Assembly (NCBI GenBank): GCA_963662285.2
Contig: CAXXMV010000002.1
Span: 160,001 to 224,000 of the forward strand
Source of the DNA: a bacterium
GTDB taxonomy: Bacteria > Hinthialibacterota > Hinthialibacteria > Hinthialibacterales > Hinthialibacteraceae
Length of the DNA stretch: 64,000 bases
Direction: 5' to 3'
Positions 51,336 to 60,671 of this stretch are shown in pieces (the stretch's first letter is position 1; the number at the start of each line of letters is the position of its first letter). Under the pieces are notes generated by a model. The model ran no database searches. It worked only from the letters and a program-made list of their open reading frames with translations, and had not been told where the DNA came from. The translations under genes were made by a program, and so were the position numbers.

Positions 51336-51372
51336 TCTTGGTCTGGTTATTTTCCAAAAAGATAATCTAGTA

Positions 51373-51455
<83 letters not shown>

Positions 51456-51554
51456 CATAAATTCGGTTATAATGCACATGTTGTTATATGTTTTAGTATA
51501 ATTATTTAATAAGATTTGCACGTAAAAAAAACATTGTAGAAACGAGGTCAGTCC

Positions 51555-51650
51555 ATGCCTTGCGGGAAAAAACGTAAAAGAGCGAAGATAGCAACTCATA
51601 AACGCAAAAAGAAACGCAGATTGAATAGACATAAGAAGCGCAAACGTTAA
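51555..51650 (+). CDS. 31-aa basic peptide, AURKAIP1/COX24 (mS38/bS22-like) ribosomal protein family
   Basis: MPCGKKRKRAKIATHKRKKKRRLNRHKKRKR; GAGGT RBS; below the ORF-track length cutoff. Confidence 0.8.
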   Translation: MPCGKKRKRAKIATHKRKKKRRLNRHKKRKR

Positions 51651-51771
51651 TTTTTGGGTATCTCCCGTATTCTCTTGATAAGTTCTTTGATATAGTATAC
51701 TAAGAACGTGTTAGTGTATGTTTTTTTAAGTTAGCTGATTTATAATCATCTATGTTAAAGGCGAGAATCCT

Positions 51772-52071
51772 ATGGAGATAACGGAAGTCAAAGTATATCC
51801 TGTTCGCAAGCCTGATGATAAACTTAAAGCTTTTGTTACGATGATATTAGATAATTGCTTTGTCATTCGTGATATGAAAGTTATTTATGGTAACACTGGG
51901 CTATTTGTAGCTATGCCTAGCCGCAAAAAAGCGGATGGAACGTATGCAGATATTGCGCATCCTCTCAATACGGATATGCGTAAGCGTATGGAGGATCTGG
52001 TTTTGGAGGAGTATAAGAGAGTTATGTCTGAAGAAGGAGACGCAGTAAAAAATAATCCTTACGACGAGTAA
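51772..52071 (+). CDS. spoVG: septation regulator SpoVG
   Basis: MEITEVKV...KLKA...LFVAMPSRK...DIAHP. Confidence 0.95.
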   Translation: MEITEVKVYPVRKPDDKLKAFVTMILDNCFVIRDMKVIYGNTGLFVAMPSRKKADGTYADIAHPLNTDMRKRMEDLVLEEYKRVMSEEGDAVKNNPYDE

Positions 52072-52102
52072 TAATAATTGGACTATATTCCATAAAAGAT
52101 AA

Positions 52103-52132
52103 GAAAAGCGCAGGGTTCGCCCTGCGCTTTTT
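52103..52132. terminator. bidirectional terminator between spoVG and murI
   Basis: AAAAGCGCAGGG-TTCG-CCCTGCGCTTTT. Confidence 0.85.
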
Positions 52133-53019
52133 CAATATGGTTCAAACCAGGTTATGGGATCCGTGCGTAATTTATCTCTGAATCGGTGGACTTCTTGAAC
52201 AATCGAGAAGAAATCTGATGGAGCTTCAACAAACGTGGAATCTAATTCTCCGAATATTCTCTGGTATAACCGCTTAAAACCTTCTATGTCATCTGAAGCA
52301 TAAAACAGGTCCTTAAGCAGTTTTGTTTGTGAAAGCAGGTTTTGTTTTGTTAAAGTATCTTCAACTTCTATAGCTGCTTCTTCAGCAGAGTTTACAAGTT
52401 TAACTTTATCTCCCATTACATTTTCTATAACGTGGTCGATCAAAGGGTAATGAGTGCAGCCTAATATCACGGCGTCTAAATTTTCTTCTACCAGCGGCGC
52501 AAGGTATCTCTTGGCGATATCCAGTGTAATGGAATCATTTTCCCAGCCTTCCTCTACCAGCGGAACAAATAAAGGGCAGGCCTGCGCGATAATATGAAGA
52601 GACTTATTCTTTTCTAAAAGACGTTTTTGATACGCGCCGCTTTGAATGGTGCTTTTCGTTCCAATAACTCCGATGCGAAGGGATTTGCTTTCCGAAATAG
52701 CCGCTCTTACTCCCGGTTCCACAACGCCAATTACCGGTCCATCGAATTGTTCCCTGATTTCAGGTAATGAAACAGATGAAACCGTATTACAGGCAACCAC
52801 AATCATTTTAACATTGTGGCTTTTTAGAAAACGGGTAATTTCAACGCTGTATCGTTTAACTGTTTCGGGAGATTTTGTTCCATAGGGAACTCTGGCGGTA
52901 TCTCCGAAATAGCACAGAGTTTCGTTTGACAAACGCTTTCTCAATGCCCGTGCCACAGTTAATCCCCCGATGCCTGAATCGAAGATGCCTATTGGTCTGT
53001 CGATGCGACTATTATTCAT
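52132..53019 (-). CDS. murI: glutamate racemase
   Basis: FDSGIGGLTV, PYGTK, ACNT, LGCTHYP. Confidence 0.97.
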   Translation of the reverse strand: MNNSRIDRPIGIFDSGIGGLTVARALRKRLSNETLCYFGDTARVPYGTKSPETVKRYSVEITRFLKSHNVKMIVVACNTVSSVSLPEIREQFDGPVIGVVEPGVRAAISESKSLRIGVIGTKSTIQSGAYQKRLLEKNKSLHIIAQACPLFVPLVEEGWENDSITLDIAKRYLAPLVEENLDAVILGCTHYPLIDHVIENVMGDKVKLVNSAEEAAIEVEDTLTKQNLLSQTKLLKDLFYASDDIEGFKRLYQRIFGELDSTFVEAPSDFFSIVQEVHRFRDKLRTDPITWFEPY

Positions 53020-53112
53020 TATAATGATTCCACTCTAACAATATTCGAAAAATTTTATTATCATTCCTTTGTAGGAAAATTTTATTTTAATCATTATATG
53101 CACAAGGCGGTC

Positions 53113-53402
53113 TGTGGATAAGATGTGGATGCCAATGGCAAAAGCATGTAATAAATTGTGAATTATTCGGATGAAACAGGCCGAAAATCGTGTGATATCA
53201 TAAAAAAGCCTTTGTTTTTGTCATAAAATGATAATAAATCAATATATACTAAATTATTGTAACCATAATATTATAGAATAATAACACTGTGGATAATATG
53301 AAAATGATGAAAACATATCTTAAGTATTCCCGGCACTTAAGCCTTAATTGCTGAGGTCTACATGTTGTGAGTATTGTGTGTATAATACGCTATATATAGT
53401 TG
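53113..53402. promoter_or_regulatory. cluster of DnaA boxes plus tandem NrdR-like boxes
   Basis: TGTGGATAA at 53113 and 53288, TGTGTATAA at 53377; 16-bp NrdR-like palindromes at 53355 and 53387. Confidence 0.5.
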
Positions 53403-53540
53403 TCTCATACACCTATTTTTCATAAGAGATTTTTTATTAAAAAAAAAGACGAATTTACCTGGTTTACAATTCAAATTCATGGTGAATAAGACGATTCCGT
53501 TATCGTAAATAAAATAAAAACAAAGAATTTCGATTGATTG

Positions 53541-53569
53541 GGAACATAAAATACCAATAATTCGACCAA
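53541..53569 (+). promoter_or_regulatory. putative ECF-sigma autoregulatory promoter
   Basis: GGAAC, 17-bp spacer, CGACCAA directly upstream of the ECF sigma gene. Confidence 0.45.
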
Positions 53570-53586
53570 ATAAGAAGGATAAAAGA

Positions 53587-54177
53587 TTGAGTCCTCACGA
53601 TAAAAACCGCGAGGAAGAGCGCAAGTTGATTTCCCTTTGTCAGGAGGGAGATAAAATTGCGTTTGAAAGATTATATCGTCTTTATAGTAAAGATGTTTTT
53701 ACAATGGCTATCCGGATGGTAAATTCGGAAGATATTGCAGAGGAAGTAACCCAGGAAGTATTTATCTCGGTTTTTAAGGATATCAGGAAGTTTCAATTTC
53801 AGTCTGCTTTTACTACCTGGTTGTATAGCATCGTTTACAGAAGAGCAGCGGATCAATTTCGCAAAATACGCAAGCATAAAGATAATACAGTTTCATTTGT
53901 TCAGAATGATGAAAACTCTACGGTTATAGAAATCCGGGATGCCGGAGCATCTCCAGGCGATATAGCTATTGAAAAGGAGCGTATTCAGTATATAGAAAAG
54001 GCGATTGCTTCATTAAGCCCGAAGCAAAGATCTATTATGGTACTGCGATATAATCACAATTTGAGTTATGAAGAGATTGCTTTGGTATTAAAATGTAGAA
54101 TCGGGACGGTAAAATCCCGTTTGAATCGCGCCCATAAGACAATGGAAATCAAACTTGATCTTCTTAAGTTATTATAA
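53587..54177 (+). CDS. ECF RNA polymerase sigma factor (RpoE/SigW-like)
   Basis: GDKIAFERL, AEEVTQEVF, FTTWLY.I, LSYEEIA..L.C.IGTVKSRL.RA. Confidence 0.93.
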   Translation: MSPHDKNREEERKLISLCQEGDKIAFERLYRLYSKDVFTMAIRMVNSEDIAEEVTQEVFISVFKDIRKFQFQSAFTTWLYSIVYRRAADQFRKIRKHKDNTVSFVQNDENSTVIEIRDAGASPGDIAIEKERIQYIEKAIASLSPKQRSIMVLRYNHNLSYEEIALVLKCRIGTVKSRLNRAHKTMEIKLDLLKLL

Positions 54178-54222
54178 TATAGGTAGGCATAATCCGAAAC
54201 AAAGAAAAATACGGATAATCCG

Positions 54223-54741
54223 ATGAAAAAAAACGATTCTAAACAACCATTTTCCAGTGATTTATCCCGGGATATTCTTCGAAGGTATCTTGAAGGGGAA
54301 ACAACGGATACAGAAAATCAGCTTGTCCAGCGATATCTGGATGATACTACAAGTGGTCGTGAAGAATTAGATAATATTAACCAGTACCTTCATGATCTAA
54401 GAAAAATGCCCCGATTTTCACCTCCAGATCGCGTATGGGCGAAAATTCAAAGTAATATTGAGGATGTTTCTCCCTCTCAGGTATGGTTTCCCTGGGCGTA
54501 TTCATACTCATCATGGGGCTTCTTTTCGAAAGTTATCCCGGTTGTTTTGCTATTACTGGCGGTTTTGGGTATTGGCAATACGTTTTTGTCTGAACCAACC
54601 TATGATGTTATTTTAGTCGAAGAAGTAAATGGTTTTGGCCAGGAAGCGGAATCATATATTGCCTATCATGATCTTTCGGGCGATCCATTGCCCGTTCGTG
54701 AAAGCGTTGTGGCATTCTGTACTAATGGCAGGGTTGAATGA
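54223..54741 (+). CDS. membrane-anchored anti-sigma factor (RseA-like)
   Basis: YLEGE N-terminal domain and a single TM segment; follows the ECF sigma gene. Confidence 0.7.
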   Translation: MKKNDSKQPFSSDLSRDILRRYLEGETTDTENQLVQRYLDDTTSGREELDNINQYLHDLRKMPRFSPPDRVWAKIQSNIEDVSPSQVWFPWAYSYSSWGFFSKVIPVVLLLLAVLGIGNTFLSEPTYDVILVEEVNGFGQEAESYIAYHDLSGDPLPVRESVVAFCTNGRVE

Positions 54742-55817
54742 TTTATCCTCGTTTTATAAAATTCTTTTGCATAGTTATCCTGGCCTCTGTAAATATGGCG
54801 TCTGCTAAAGAGGATAAACTATCTGTATTGCTCAGGCAATCAATAGAAGTGGCGCAAACCATCCCCTATGACGGCGTAATTGTATTTCGTTATAAAATCC
54901 ATGAGGGAGAAGTTACTTCGAAAATAAAGGCTCAGCGATATTCTTCTGAAGTCCAGCGAATGGAGATACTTGAGCCGGAGGTACTTAAAAAGCACATCAT
55001 TACAAGAATAAACGATGTTACCTGGATGAGTCCTGTTTCCAAAGAAGATATGATGAAACTTCCAGAGGAAATCCGATATTATCACTGGTATCTGATTTCA
55101 AGGGATATAACCGCCGCCATAAAACATGAAGAATTGGATCTATTTCTTAAAAATTATCAATTGGTTGAAGAAGATTCCTGCCAAGTGGCGCAACGCAAAG
55201 TAAAAACAATTTATATAACAGGGCTTTATCGCCATCGACCTTCTCTTCGCATCTGGATTGATTATAAAACAAAAATGCCGCTGAAATATGAGATATATGA
55301 TTCAGAAAAACAAGTAACAAAATCAGTTGAATTCGAGAGAATCGATTTTATAAAAGATAATGAAGAAGATATGATAAATACTGAGGGATTAGAAAAAATC
55401 ACTCCACCCAAACGTAATAATGACAATAATGTTGAAGAATTAGATTTTAAGCCGCTTTGTTTGGAAACGTTACCTCAAGGTTTTGAAGAACTAGCTAGTC
55501 ATTCCTGGAAGCATGAGCATGGAATTATTTATGAAACTCAATACAGAGATGGTTTTGCGAATTTCACAATTTACCAACGCAAGCAGACAGAAGAAGAGAG
55601 GGAAAATCAATTAAAAGAACCGAAAGAAGAACAGGATAAAGCAAAAAAAATAATTCGTTTTGGAAGAGAAATTTATTATAGAGACTTAAATGGAGTTAGA
55701 GTATCTGTGGTTGGTAGTGGAGTTCATGCAAAAGGTTTACGCTACCTGATATATCATGTGGCGCCAAATCTTTCCGACGAAAAATCCCAGCAAAAAAAGC
55801 CTCAAAAAGCCCAATAA
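54738..55817 (+). CDS. periplasmic RseB/MucB-like (LolA-fold) regulator
   Basis: Signal peptide; RMEILEP, VAQR, IWID.KT.MPLK.E, LPQGF, YRDG...FTIYQ; operon context. Confidence 0.7.
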   Translation: MIYPRFIKFFCIVILASVNMASAKEDKLSVLLRQSIEVAQTIPYDGVIVFRYKIHEGEVTSKIKAQRYSSEVQRMEILEPEVLKKHIITRINDVTWMSPVSKEDMMKLPEEIRYYHWYLISRDITAAIKHEELDLFLKNYQLVEEDSCQVAQRKVKTIYITGLYRHRPSLRIWIDYKTKMPLKYEIYDSEKQVTKSVEFERIDFIKDNEEDMINTEGLEKITPPKRNNDNNVEELDFKPLCLETLPQGFEELASHSWKHEHGIIYETQYRDGFANFTIYQRKQTEEERENQLKEPKEEQDKAKKIIRFGREIYYRDLNGVRVSVVGSGVHAKGLRYLIYHVAPNLSDEKSQQKKPQKAQ

Positions 55818-55872
55818 GACAAGCTCGTTTAACAGGTTTTTTTGAAGGTAAAACCTGATTTCAAAAACCTAT

Positions 55873-56691
55873 CTAACAAAACAACACTGTATAGACGAAC
55901 ATGGCAGGACCAATCCACAACATCGAATCCATCATATCCAAAAATCCGCCATGACCAGTATTTATTGTTCCTGAATCTTTAATGCCGGCATCGCGTTTCA
56001 TGGCAGACTCGCAAAGATCCCCAACCTGTCCCACCGCTGAGAGAACTATGGTTATGATGATGATATGGCCATACCTATGTGGTCCGTTCAACCAGAGAGT
56101 ATTCCCATTATAAATGCTATAAAAGTATGCGGTAATAAGTATGATAGCGGTTGTTAGAAAGGCGCCAGATATAGCGCCTTCCCAGGTTTTGTTGGGGCTG
56201 AGAACGGGAGCTAACTTATGCTTACCCACTGCTCTACCGCCATAATAGGCGCCTGTATCCGTCAAGCAAGCTACAGACAAAATGAAGAATAAAAACGCTG
56301 GTCCGTGGTCGATGCTGCGTAGATACACGAAACTGGAAAGAGGTAAAAGTAGATAAATCAGAAGCAATCCGTGAGTAGCGAATTCATAACGGCTGCCTTG
56401 GACGGTTTTGCTCATGGAAATCAGGCAACTGCCCCAGAAAAAAAGAAAAGTAATTACAAGTAGGGATGGGATGTTATGCCAAACAGTGAAAACAAGAAAG
56501 AGAATAGCCAACAGGTTTTGCCAGATGAGAAGAGACCTGCGTCGTGGGGCGCCGAAAAGATTATAAATCTCTTCATGAGCAAAATAGAATGCGGCTGACG
56601 CAATAACAGCTGCCAGCCAAACGCCATAAGACCAAAAAACGCAGATTAAAAATAATATCAGGGCGATAAACCCGGTGATCTCACGCCTCAA
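55873..56691 (-). CDS. cdsA: phosphatidate cytidylyltransferase
   Basis: DTGAY..G, SPNKTWEG, GDLCESAMKRDAGIKDSG, GHGGFLD. Confidence 0.95.
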   Translation of the reverse strand: MRREITGFIALILFLICVFWSYGVWLAAVIASAAFYFAHEEIYNLFGAPRRRSLLIWQNLLAILFLVFTVWHNIPSLLVITFLFFWGSCLISMSKTVQGSRYEFATHGLLLIYLLLPLSSFVYLRSIDHGPAFLFFILSVACLTDTGAYYGGRAVGKHKLAPVLSPNKTWEGAISGAFLTTAIILITAYFYSIYNGNTLWLNGPHRYGHIIIITIVLSAVGQVGDLCESAMKRDAGIKDSGTINTGHGGFLDMMDSMLWIGPAMFVYTVLFC

Positions 56692-56759
56692 ATTACTAAC
56701 TCCTTATTATTGGTTTTGCAAATTCATCAGGCCGCTTGACGTATCGGGCGCCTATGAAG

Positions 56760-56925
56760 GGCAATGTCATGCAGTTAAGGAATGTCACCCTATAAATGGT
56801 GGCTTGATCAAGGGCTGACCGCAATGCGGTCTTGCCCTTGCCACCCATCTTGTTGTCCCCTCTCCCGCCGGGAGAGGGTTAGGGTGAGGGGGATGTACAA
56901 AACAACTTAACTTAATGACATTACC
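56760..56925. mobile_element. TIR-bounded miniature element carrying B' and D hairpins, inserted into an A-type hairpin
   Basis: Left end GGCAATGTCATGCAGTTAAG; right end reverse complement GGTAATGTCATTAAGTTAAG; ATGAA on both flanks; B' at 56798-56846 and D at 56857-56891. Confidence 0.7.
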
Positions 56926-56991
56926 ATGAAAGGCGCCCCTAAATGGTAAAACCATCGATTTCTCGATAGATTATCCGGTACAACAATTATG

Positions 56992-57792
56992 TCAAATAGC
57001 CCCGTCAATATCAACGCCGCCGAATCTTCGTTGACGGTTTTGGAATTCACGTAGAGCTTCGAATAGGCTATCCCGCTTAAAATCAGGCCATAGAACGGGT
57101 GTAATCCATATTTCTGAATAAGCGATTTGCCATAATAAAAAATTGGAAACGCGCATCTCCCCGCTGGTTCTAATTAAGAGATCGGGATCAGGGGTATTGG
57201 CGGTATGGAGGTGCTGGGAAAAGATATCAGGAGTAATATTCTCAATATTGATTTTGCCGACCTGTACTTCTTGTACGATTGTTTTGACTGCATCTACTAT
57301 TTCAAGCCTTCCACCATAGGAGAGAGCCAGAGTTAATTGCATTTTATTACCGCCAGCCGTTGTTATGCGAGCATTTTCCAAAGTGCGTTGAACGGTTGAA
57401 GGCAGATCGCTTAAACGGCCAATGGCATTCAGTCGTATATCATTATCCGTCATCTCGCGAATTTCCCGTTTGAGAAAGTTGCATAAAAGAATCATCAGTG
57501 CATTTATTTCTGGGCCGGGGCGTTTCCAATTTTCGGCGGAAAATGCGTATAGGGTAAGATATGGGATTTCAAGGCTGCGGCAGACGCGGACAATCTCTTT
57601 AACAGATTTTATGCCGGAGCGGTGGCCTTCGATCCTGGGTCTATGCATTGAGCGCGCCCAACGGCCATTGCCATCCATAATAATGGCCACATGGCGGGGT
57701 AAGCGAGTCAGGTCTACTCCAGCCGATTGCGCCTGCTTTAACGTCTCTTCCTGATGGGGTGGACGATATACTGTATCTGTTGCCTGAGGCAC
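56992..57792 (-). CDS. uppS: undecaprenyl diphosphate synthase
   Basis: HVAIIMDGNGRWA, YAFSAENWKRP, DLLIRTSGEMRVSNFLLWQ, RRFGG. Confidence 0.97.
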   Translation of the reverse strand: MPQATDTVYRPPHQEETLKQAQSAGVDLTRLPRHVAIIMDGNGRWARSMHRPRIEGHRSGIKSVKEIVRVCRSLEIPYLTLYAFSAENWKRPGPEINALMILLCNFLKREIREMTDNDIRLNAIGRLSDLPSTVQRTLENARITTAGGNKMQLTLALSYGGRLEIVDAVKTIVQEVQVGKINIENITPDIFSQHLHTANTPDPDLLIRTSGEMRVSNFLLWQIAYSEIWITPVLWPDFKRDSLFEALREFQNRQRRFGGVDIDGAI

Positions 57793-57919
57793 TTAAATCT
57801 CCCAATCACTTGATCCCTGGTGGGATAGATTGAAAATGTCTGTTGTTATAATAAAACCTACTCGATAAACAATAAGGATGTAGGCTGAAAGTTTAATACT
57901 AAAGAGCTATACTTTGAAT

Positions 57920-58912
57920 ATGCAGAATACCAGCAGTCTTGAATACAATCAACGCACAATCCCTGTACAACCGCGTTTCTGCGCTATTGTCGGGCCAACC
58001 GCTTCAGGCAAAACTGATCTGGCTATTGCATTGGCGAAATATCTGGGTAGCGAGATTTTATGCGTTGATGCGATTCAAGTCTATCGAGGATTAAATATCG
58101 GATCAGCTAAACCCGGCATCGAAGAACGCAATGGCATTGTTCATCATGGACTTGATCTGGTTTCTCCATTGGAACAATTCAGCGCTTCCCGCTTTGAATC
58201 TTATGCAGAAAAAAAAATTAAAGAAGCGGTTGAAAAGGATAAAATGCTTGTTTTATGCGGGGGAACAGGTCTATATTACCGCGCTTTGCTGGAGGGATTT
58301 TTCGAAGCGCCTGACCCGGAACCTGAATTGCGGGCGGAGTTATACCGTAGAGCGGAAAAAGGCGGCCTGGATGCTTTGTATACCGAGTTAGAATCGCGTG
58401 ATTTTGAAACCGCACAGAAAATTCATCCTAATGATGCACGGCGTATAATCAGGGCTTTGGAAATAATAATGCAAACCGGAGTCAGCGTGACCGAATTGCG
58501 CCGCAGCCAAAAGCGAAAACCCTGGTTTGATCAAACCGTCTTTATTGGCATCCAGCGCGAGCGGGAAGATTTAGTAGAGCGGATTCAGCGTAGGACAGAC
58601 TGGATGTATGAAAATGGATTGGTCGAAGAGACGCGCTGGTTGCTGGAGATAGGATGTGGACCAAATAATACGGCCATGCAGGCGTTGGGTTATAAAGAAT
58701 GTTATGAATATTTATTAGGTAAATATAGTCTGCAAGAGACAGTTGAAATTACCGCCCGTGAAACCGGCCGGTATGCCAGGAGGCAAATGACATGGTTCCG
58801 GCGGCAGTGTCCTACGAAGTGGGTTAATGTAAATAATGCAATAGATTTGCGCCAAATCGTGGAAGAATCCTTGCAACTTTGGCGGAACAGTGATAACAAT
58901 ATACTATTGTAA
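57920..58912 (+). CDS. miaA: tRNA dimethylallyltransferase
   Basis: GPTASGKT, DAIQVYRGLNIGSAKP, GGTGLY, YARRQMTWF. Confidence 0.97.
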   Translation: MQNTSSLEYNQRTIPVQPRFCAIVGPTASGKTDLAIALAKYLGSEILCVDAIQVYRGLNIGSAKPGIEERNGIVHHGLDLVSPLEQFSASRFESYAEKKIKEAVEKDKMLVLCGGTGLYYRALLEGFFEAPDPEPELRAELYRRAEKGGLDALYTELESRDFETAQKIHPNDARRIIRALEIIMQTGVSVTELRRSQKRKPWFDQTVFIGIQREREDLVERIQRRTDWMYENGLVEETRWLLEIGCGPNNTAMQALGYKECYEYLLGKYSLQETVEITARETGRYARRQMTWFRRQCPTKWVNVNNAIDLRQIVEESLQLWRNSDNNILL

Positions 58913-58994
58913 ATGTTGTATATTTGTATTATCATCTTTGATATAACTGAATTGCCCTAGAATCCAAGGGAAATGCTCCGGAGGGAGATGCTTA

Positions 58995-59312
58995 ATGGTT
59001 GTCAAAAGTGTAATGAATATCCAAGATAGCTTTCTCAATCAAGCAAGACGTGAGAAAGTTTCGCTCAATGTTCACCTCGTCGATGGTTCCGACCTGCATG
59101 GGAAGATATCTGCGTTCGACAATTTTACGATTATTCTTCTCAACGATGAGCGGGAAGAGCAGTATTTGATCTACAAGCATTCAATTGCTACTGTTATGCC
59201 CGCTGCCAAGACGCGCGTCCGTTGGAATCAAATGGAGCGTGTTGAGGGAGGCGGACATAGTAGTGGTCATGTAAGCAGCAGCCGCGGAATGCACCGCGAA
59301 GATGGAGATTAA
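58995..59312 (+). CDS. hfq: RNA chaperone Hfq
   Basis: NIQDSFLN, FDNFTI, LIYKHSIATV; miaA-hfq-hflX synteny. Confidence 0.95.
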   Translation: MVVKSVMNIQDSFLNQARREKVSLNVHLVDGSDLHGKISAFDNFTIILLNDEREEQYLIYKHSIATVMPAAKTRVRWNQMERVEGGGHSSGHVSSSRGMHREDGD

Positions 59313-59382
59313 TTTTCTCCGATTAGAATGAAAACATATAAGAACTATCCTCTCTTTGTAGTCTTAATGAGGGGATAGTTTC

Positions 59383-60573
59383 TTGTGTTTATCCTGGGAG
59401 TCACAAAATAATTTGACGCATTCTACGAGTATTAAGAAAGAAAAAGCATTACTTGTTGTTGCTAATTCTGGTAATATCCTTCCCCATTTTGTTGAATACC
59501 AAGTAGAAGAACTGCGTAAATTGGCGCGCACGGCTGGCGCCGATATCTCTGATGTATGCACCCAAAATCTAAAGTCGATTAATTCCGCTACGTATATTGG
59601 CAAGGGGAAAATTGAAGAGATCAAGCAGATGATTTATGAAAAGGAATTTGATATAATTCTTTTTAATCATGACCTTTCTCCTGTTCAGCAGCGAAATCTG
59701 GAACGTTCATTTAAAATACGCACTATAGACCGCACGGAATTAATTCTGGATATTTTCTCGCAACACGCCCAAACAAAAGACGGCCAGATCCAGGTTGAAT
59801 TAGCTCAATTGCGATATCTGCGTCCACGTCTTACCGGCAGGGGAATTGAACTTTCCCGTTTAGGCGGGGGGATTGGAACGCGGGGACCGGGCGAAACCAA
59901 ACTGGAAGTGGATCGCCGTAAAATTGATAACCGAATCTCCCGTTTGCGTAAGGATTGGTTGAAGATACGAAAATCGAGAAGGCTGCAAAGGAAATCCCGG
60001 CAACGTCAAAACATTGATACTACAGTATTAATAGGATATACCAATGCCGGTAAATCCACTCTGTTGAATCGTTTAACTACGGCCAAGGTGCTGGCCAGGG
60101 ATCAGCTTTTCTCCACGGTAGATACGACTACGCGGCGTTTAGTTCTTCCTGATGGCGCAACGCTTCTTGTATCGGATACGGTTGGATTTATATCAGATTT
60201 GCCTGCCCCGCTGCTGGCGGCTTTTAGAGCCACTTTGGAGGTGGTTGAAGAAGCCACCTTGCTATTGCATGTGGTTGACGCCAGTTCTCCTATTATGGAA
60301 GAGCAGATCCATGCGGTTAATGAAATATTAGCAAGTTTAGAGTGCTCTCAAAAACCGGTTCTGACTATCTTTAACAAGCTGGATCAAATTGAAGATGACC
60401 TCGAATTGAAAGACATGGAGCGCTGTTTGGAGCCTAGCGTAAGGTGTTCGGCGCTCCATGATATCGACTTAATCGAAGTTAAAGACAAAATTGCTATGTT
60501 ATTGAAACAGACTAAAGAAACTATTCAAAATGCTCCTGTGGAAGAAGATATTTTTTTCCAGAGGTTTGATTAA
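59383..60573 (+). CDS. hflX: GTPase HflX
   Basis: GGGIGTRGPGETKLE.DRR, GYTNAGKS, DTVGF, NKLD. Confidence 0.97.
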   Translation: MCLSWESQNNLTHSTSIKKEKALLVVANSGNILPHFVEYQVEELRKLARTAGADISDVCTQNLKSINSATYIGKGKIEEIKQMIYEKEFDIILFNHDLSPVQQRNLERSFKIRTIDRTELILDIFSQHAQTKDGQIQVELAQLRYLRPRLTGRGIELSRLGGGIGTRGPGETKLEVDRRKIDNRISRLRKDWLKIRKSRRLQRKSRQRQNIDTTVLIGYTNAGKSTLLNRLTTAKVLARDQLFSTVDTTTRRLVLPDGATLLVSDTVGFISDLPAPLLAAFRATLEVVEEATLLLHVVDASSPIMEEQIHAVNEILASLECSQKPVLTIFNKLDQIEDDLELKDMERCLEPSVRCSALHDIDLIEVKDKIAMLLKQTKETIQNAPVEEDIFFQRFD

Positions 60574-60607
60574 TAAAAGTGAATTGTATTAATCCTTGCC
60601 TTAATTA

Positions 60608-60656
60608 GGTGGTTTGATCAAGGGCTGACCGCATTGCGGTCTTACCCTTGCCACCC
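60608..60656. repeat. REP-like family B'
   Basis: GGTGGTTTGATCAAGGGCTGACCGCATTGCGGTCTTACCCTTGCCACCC. Confidence 0.88.
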
Positions 60657-60671
60657 GATTTGCCGCCTATC

